Part shown: one piece after another, positions 62,752 to 64,000 of the stretch
Position numbering within the stretch: position 1 is the first letter of the stretch
Layout: each line of letters begins with the position of its first letter
From: an uncultured bacterium
GTDB taxonomy: Bacteria > Krumholzibacteriota > Krumholzibacteriia > Krumholzibacteriales > Krumholzibacteriaceae
Assembly (NCBI GenBank): GCA_963846325.1
Contig: CAWJVO010000002.1
Span: forward strand, 851 to 64,850
Length of the DNA stretch: 64,000 nucleotides
Reading direction: 5' to 3'
The notes under the pieces: generated by a model
The model's input: the letters and a program-made list of their open reading frames with translations, nothing else
Told to the model about the DNA's origin: nothing
Databases searched by the model: none
Made by a program: the position numbers and the translations under genes

Positions 62752-63990
62752 TTAACCGATGGGCCGTTCGGATGCAAATGCGCTTTCGTCGCCCTCCGCC
62801 CGCGCCGACGGCCGGAACAGGCGCGGGAGGGCGAGATTCGCGCCGATGACGATATAGAGCAGGGTCACCACCTCGGCGTCGCCGAAGTTCCATTCGAAGA
62901 GACCGTTCACGACGAATCCGGCGAGAGCGCCGACGGAGCCCGCGACCCACGCCCTCTCGGGGGGCGGGAGATCGAGCTTCAGATTCCGTATCATGGCGCG
63001 GAAGAACGAAAAGAGCAGCCAGCAGAACGCGGCGAGCCCGACGAATCCCGTTTGAACCGCGATCTGAAGGAAGATGTTGTGCATGTGCCCGAACACCTGA
63101 ACCGCGCCCGGGGGCATATACCGCCGGTACACGTCGGCGAGGTCCATCGTCCCGACTCCGATCACCGGATGATCCTTGACGATCGCCATGCCCCCCTGCA
63201 TGAGCTGGAACCGGTGGACGTTTGTCATGTGCTTCAGATCCCAGATGCTTTCCACACGCGCGCGATACGGGGCCGGCAGCAGCAGCACGAAGAGAACGAG
63301 CGCTCCGGCGAAGGGGACGAGCCATTTCCTCCGCAGGAACGCGAGTATGACGACGACCGATACGACCGCGCCGACCCACGAGCTCCGCGTGAAGGAGAAG
63401 AAGAGCGCGGCGAAGGATACGACCGCCGCGACCACGGCCGCCAGGCGGAGCTTTCCCGCGACGCCAGCGCCGACGGCGACGGCGAGATACAGGGAGCACA
63501 GGATCAGGAGCATCCCGCCGAACGTCATCGCGTTCGAAAAGGGGCCGGGCGTTCGCCCGAGCGCCCCGGCGCCCTTCCCGAGGAGGTATATCGCGATCCC
63601 GTAGGCGGACACTCCCGTCCCCGAGACGAGGAGCGCCCCGAAGAGCGCGAGCGCCATCCGCCTCGTCGCGAGGAGCGACGCGATCGCGTAGAGGACCGTC
63701 ATGAGCGCGAAATTCTTCAGGCTCATGAAGCTCTCGAGGCGCTTGTCCGACAGGAGCGCTGCGGCGAAGCACACGGCGACGAAGATCGCGAGCGGAAGGT
63801 CGAGCGCCGTGCGCCGGGGCGCGGGCGCCTCGCGCCTCAGGGCGAAGAAGAGCCAGAGGACGAGCGATACGCCGAGGGCCGTCTGCGTGAGCGCGATGGA
63901 GAAGGTCGAAGCGAAAAGAAACAGGGCGAGAGCCGCCTGCAGCGCGAGGGGAACGGGAATCGCCGGATCGGTGCGCGTGTCACTGCGCAT
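62752..63990 (-). CDS. O-antigen ligase / polymerase family (Wzy_C-like) membrane protein
   Basis: 412 aa and polytopic. It has FFSFTRSSWVGAVVSVVV and a periplasmic loop with HMHNIFLQIAVQTGFVGL, resembling the O-antigen ligase domain pattern. Confidence 0.7.
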   Translation of the reverse strand: MRSDTRTDPAIPVPLALQAALALFLFASTFSIALTQTALGVSLVLWLFFALRREAPAPRRTALDLPLAIFVAVCFAAALLSDKRLESFMSLKNFALMTVLYAIASLLATRRMALALFGALLVSGTGVSAYGIAIYLLGKGAGALGRTPGPFSNAMTFGGMLLILCSLYLAVAVGAGVAGKLRLAAVVAAVVSFAALFFSFTRSSWVGAVVSVVVILAFLRRKWLVPFAGALVLFVLLLPAPYRARVESIWDLKHMTNVHRFQLMQGGMAIVKDHPVIGVGTMDLADVYRRYMPPGAVQVFGHMHNIFLQIAVQTGFVGLAAFCWLLFSFFRAMIRNLKLDLPPPERAWVAGSVGALAGFVVNGLFEWNFGDAEVVTLLYIVIGANLALPRLFRPSARAEGDESAFASERPIG

Positions 63991-64000
63991 GTTCTCTCAC

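Noticed and set aside
1-64000. Searched for CRISPR arrays, transposases/integrases, inverted terminal repeats, prophage or defence-system genes, and rRNA genes.
   Set aside because: No regularly spaced direct repeats, no recombinase/transposase-like ORFs and no rRNA-like segments were seen. The window looks like core chromosome plus an envelope-glycan cluster.

Overview
This is a very GC-rich bacterial chromosome segment, roughly two-thirds G+C by eye. I found no mobile elements and no CRISPR array. Except for two plus-strand genes at 46.8-49.9 kb, every gene I can support is on the minus strand. Most long plus-strand ORFs in the six-frame track are Arg/Pro/Gly-rich antisense shadows of real genes. 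The track also renders GTG/TTG starts as M and often over-extends N-termini, so I re-derived many starts from the DNA. In minus-strand transcription order (high to low coordinates) the window holds: (1) an O-antigen-ligase-like, UbiA-prenyltransferase and DUF362 trio; (2) a housekeeping block of ispE, spoVG, tRNA-Gln, prs, rplY, pth, rpsF, rpsR and rplI; (3) GDP-mannose supply genes (phosphomannomutase and manC); (4) a parvulin PPIase, a bifunctional nuclease, a gamma-carbonic-anhydrase-like protein and an orphan periplasmic binding protein; (5) selA, a SPOR-domain protein, smc and ftsY; (6) an FMN riboswitch followed by ribD-ribE-ribBA-ribH-nusB; (7) a tightly coupled ~27 kb, 19-gene envelope-glycosylation cluster at 7679-34929; and (8) the dcw cluster mraZ, a STAS-like gene, rsmH, ftsL, ftsI, murE, murF and mraY (truncated), with a textbook triple MraZ box in its promoter. 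The most unusual content is the glycosylation cluster. It has four GT-C-type polytopic glycosyltransferases (including a tandem DUF2723-TPR pair and a YfhO-like protein), two polyprenyl-phosphate-sugar synthases and two candidate flippases. It also has a secreted beta-propeller protein and a GT2 fused to a degenerate phosphoglycosyltransferase. It lacks a Wzy/Wzz/Wza module. Other oddities are three conserved genes that seem to need ATC start codons, apparent 1-nt frameshifts at C-runs in ftsY and in an amidase gene, and a sharply low-GC patch in the 3' end of ispE. T9SS-like sorting domains, TonB and SurA-like proteins, spoVG and the high GC suggest an uncultivated diderm lineage, but I cannot assign taxonomy from sequence alone.
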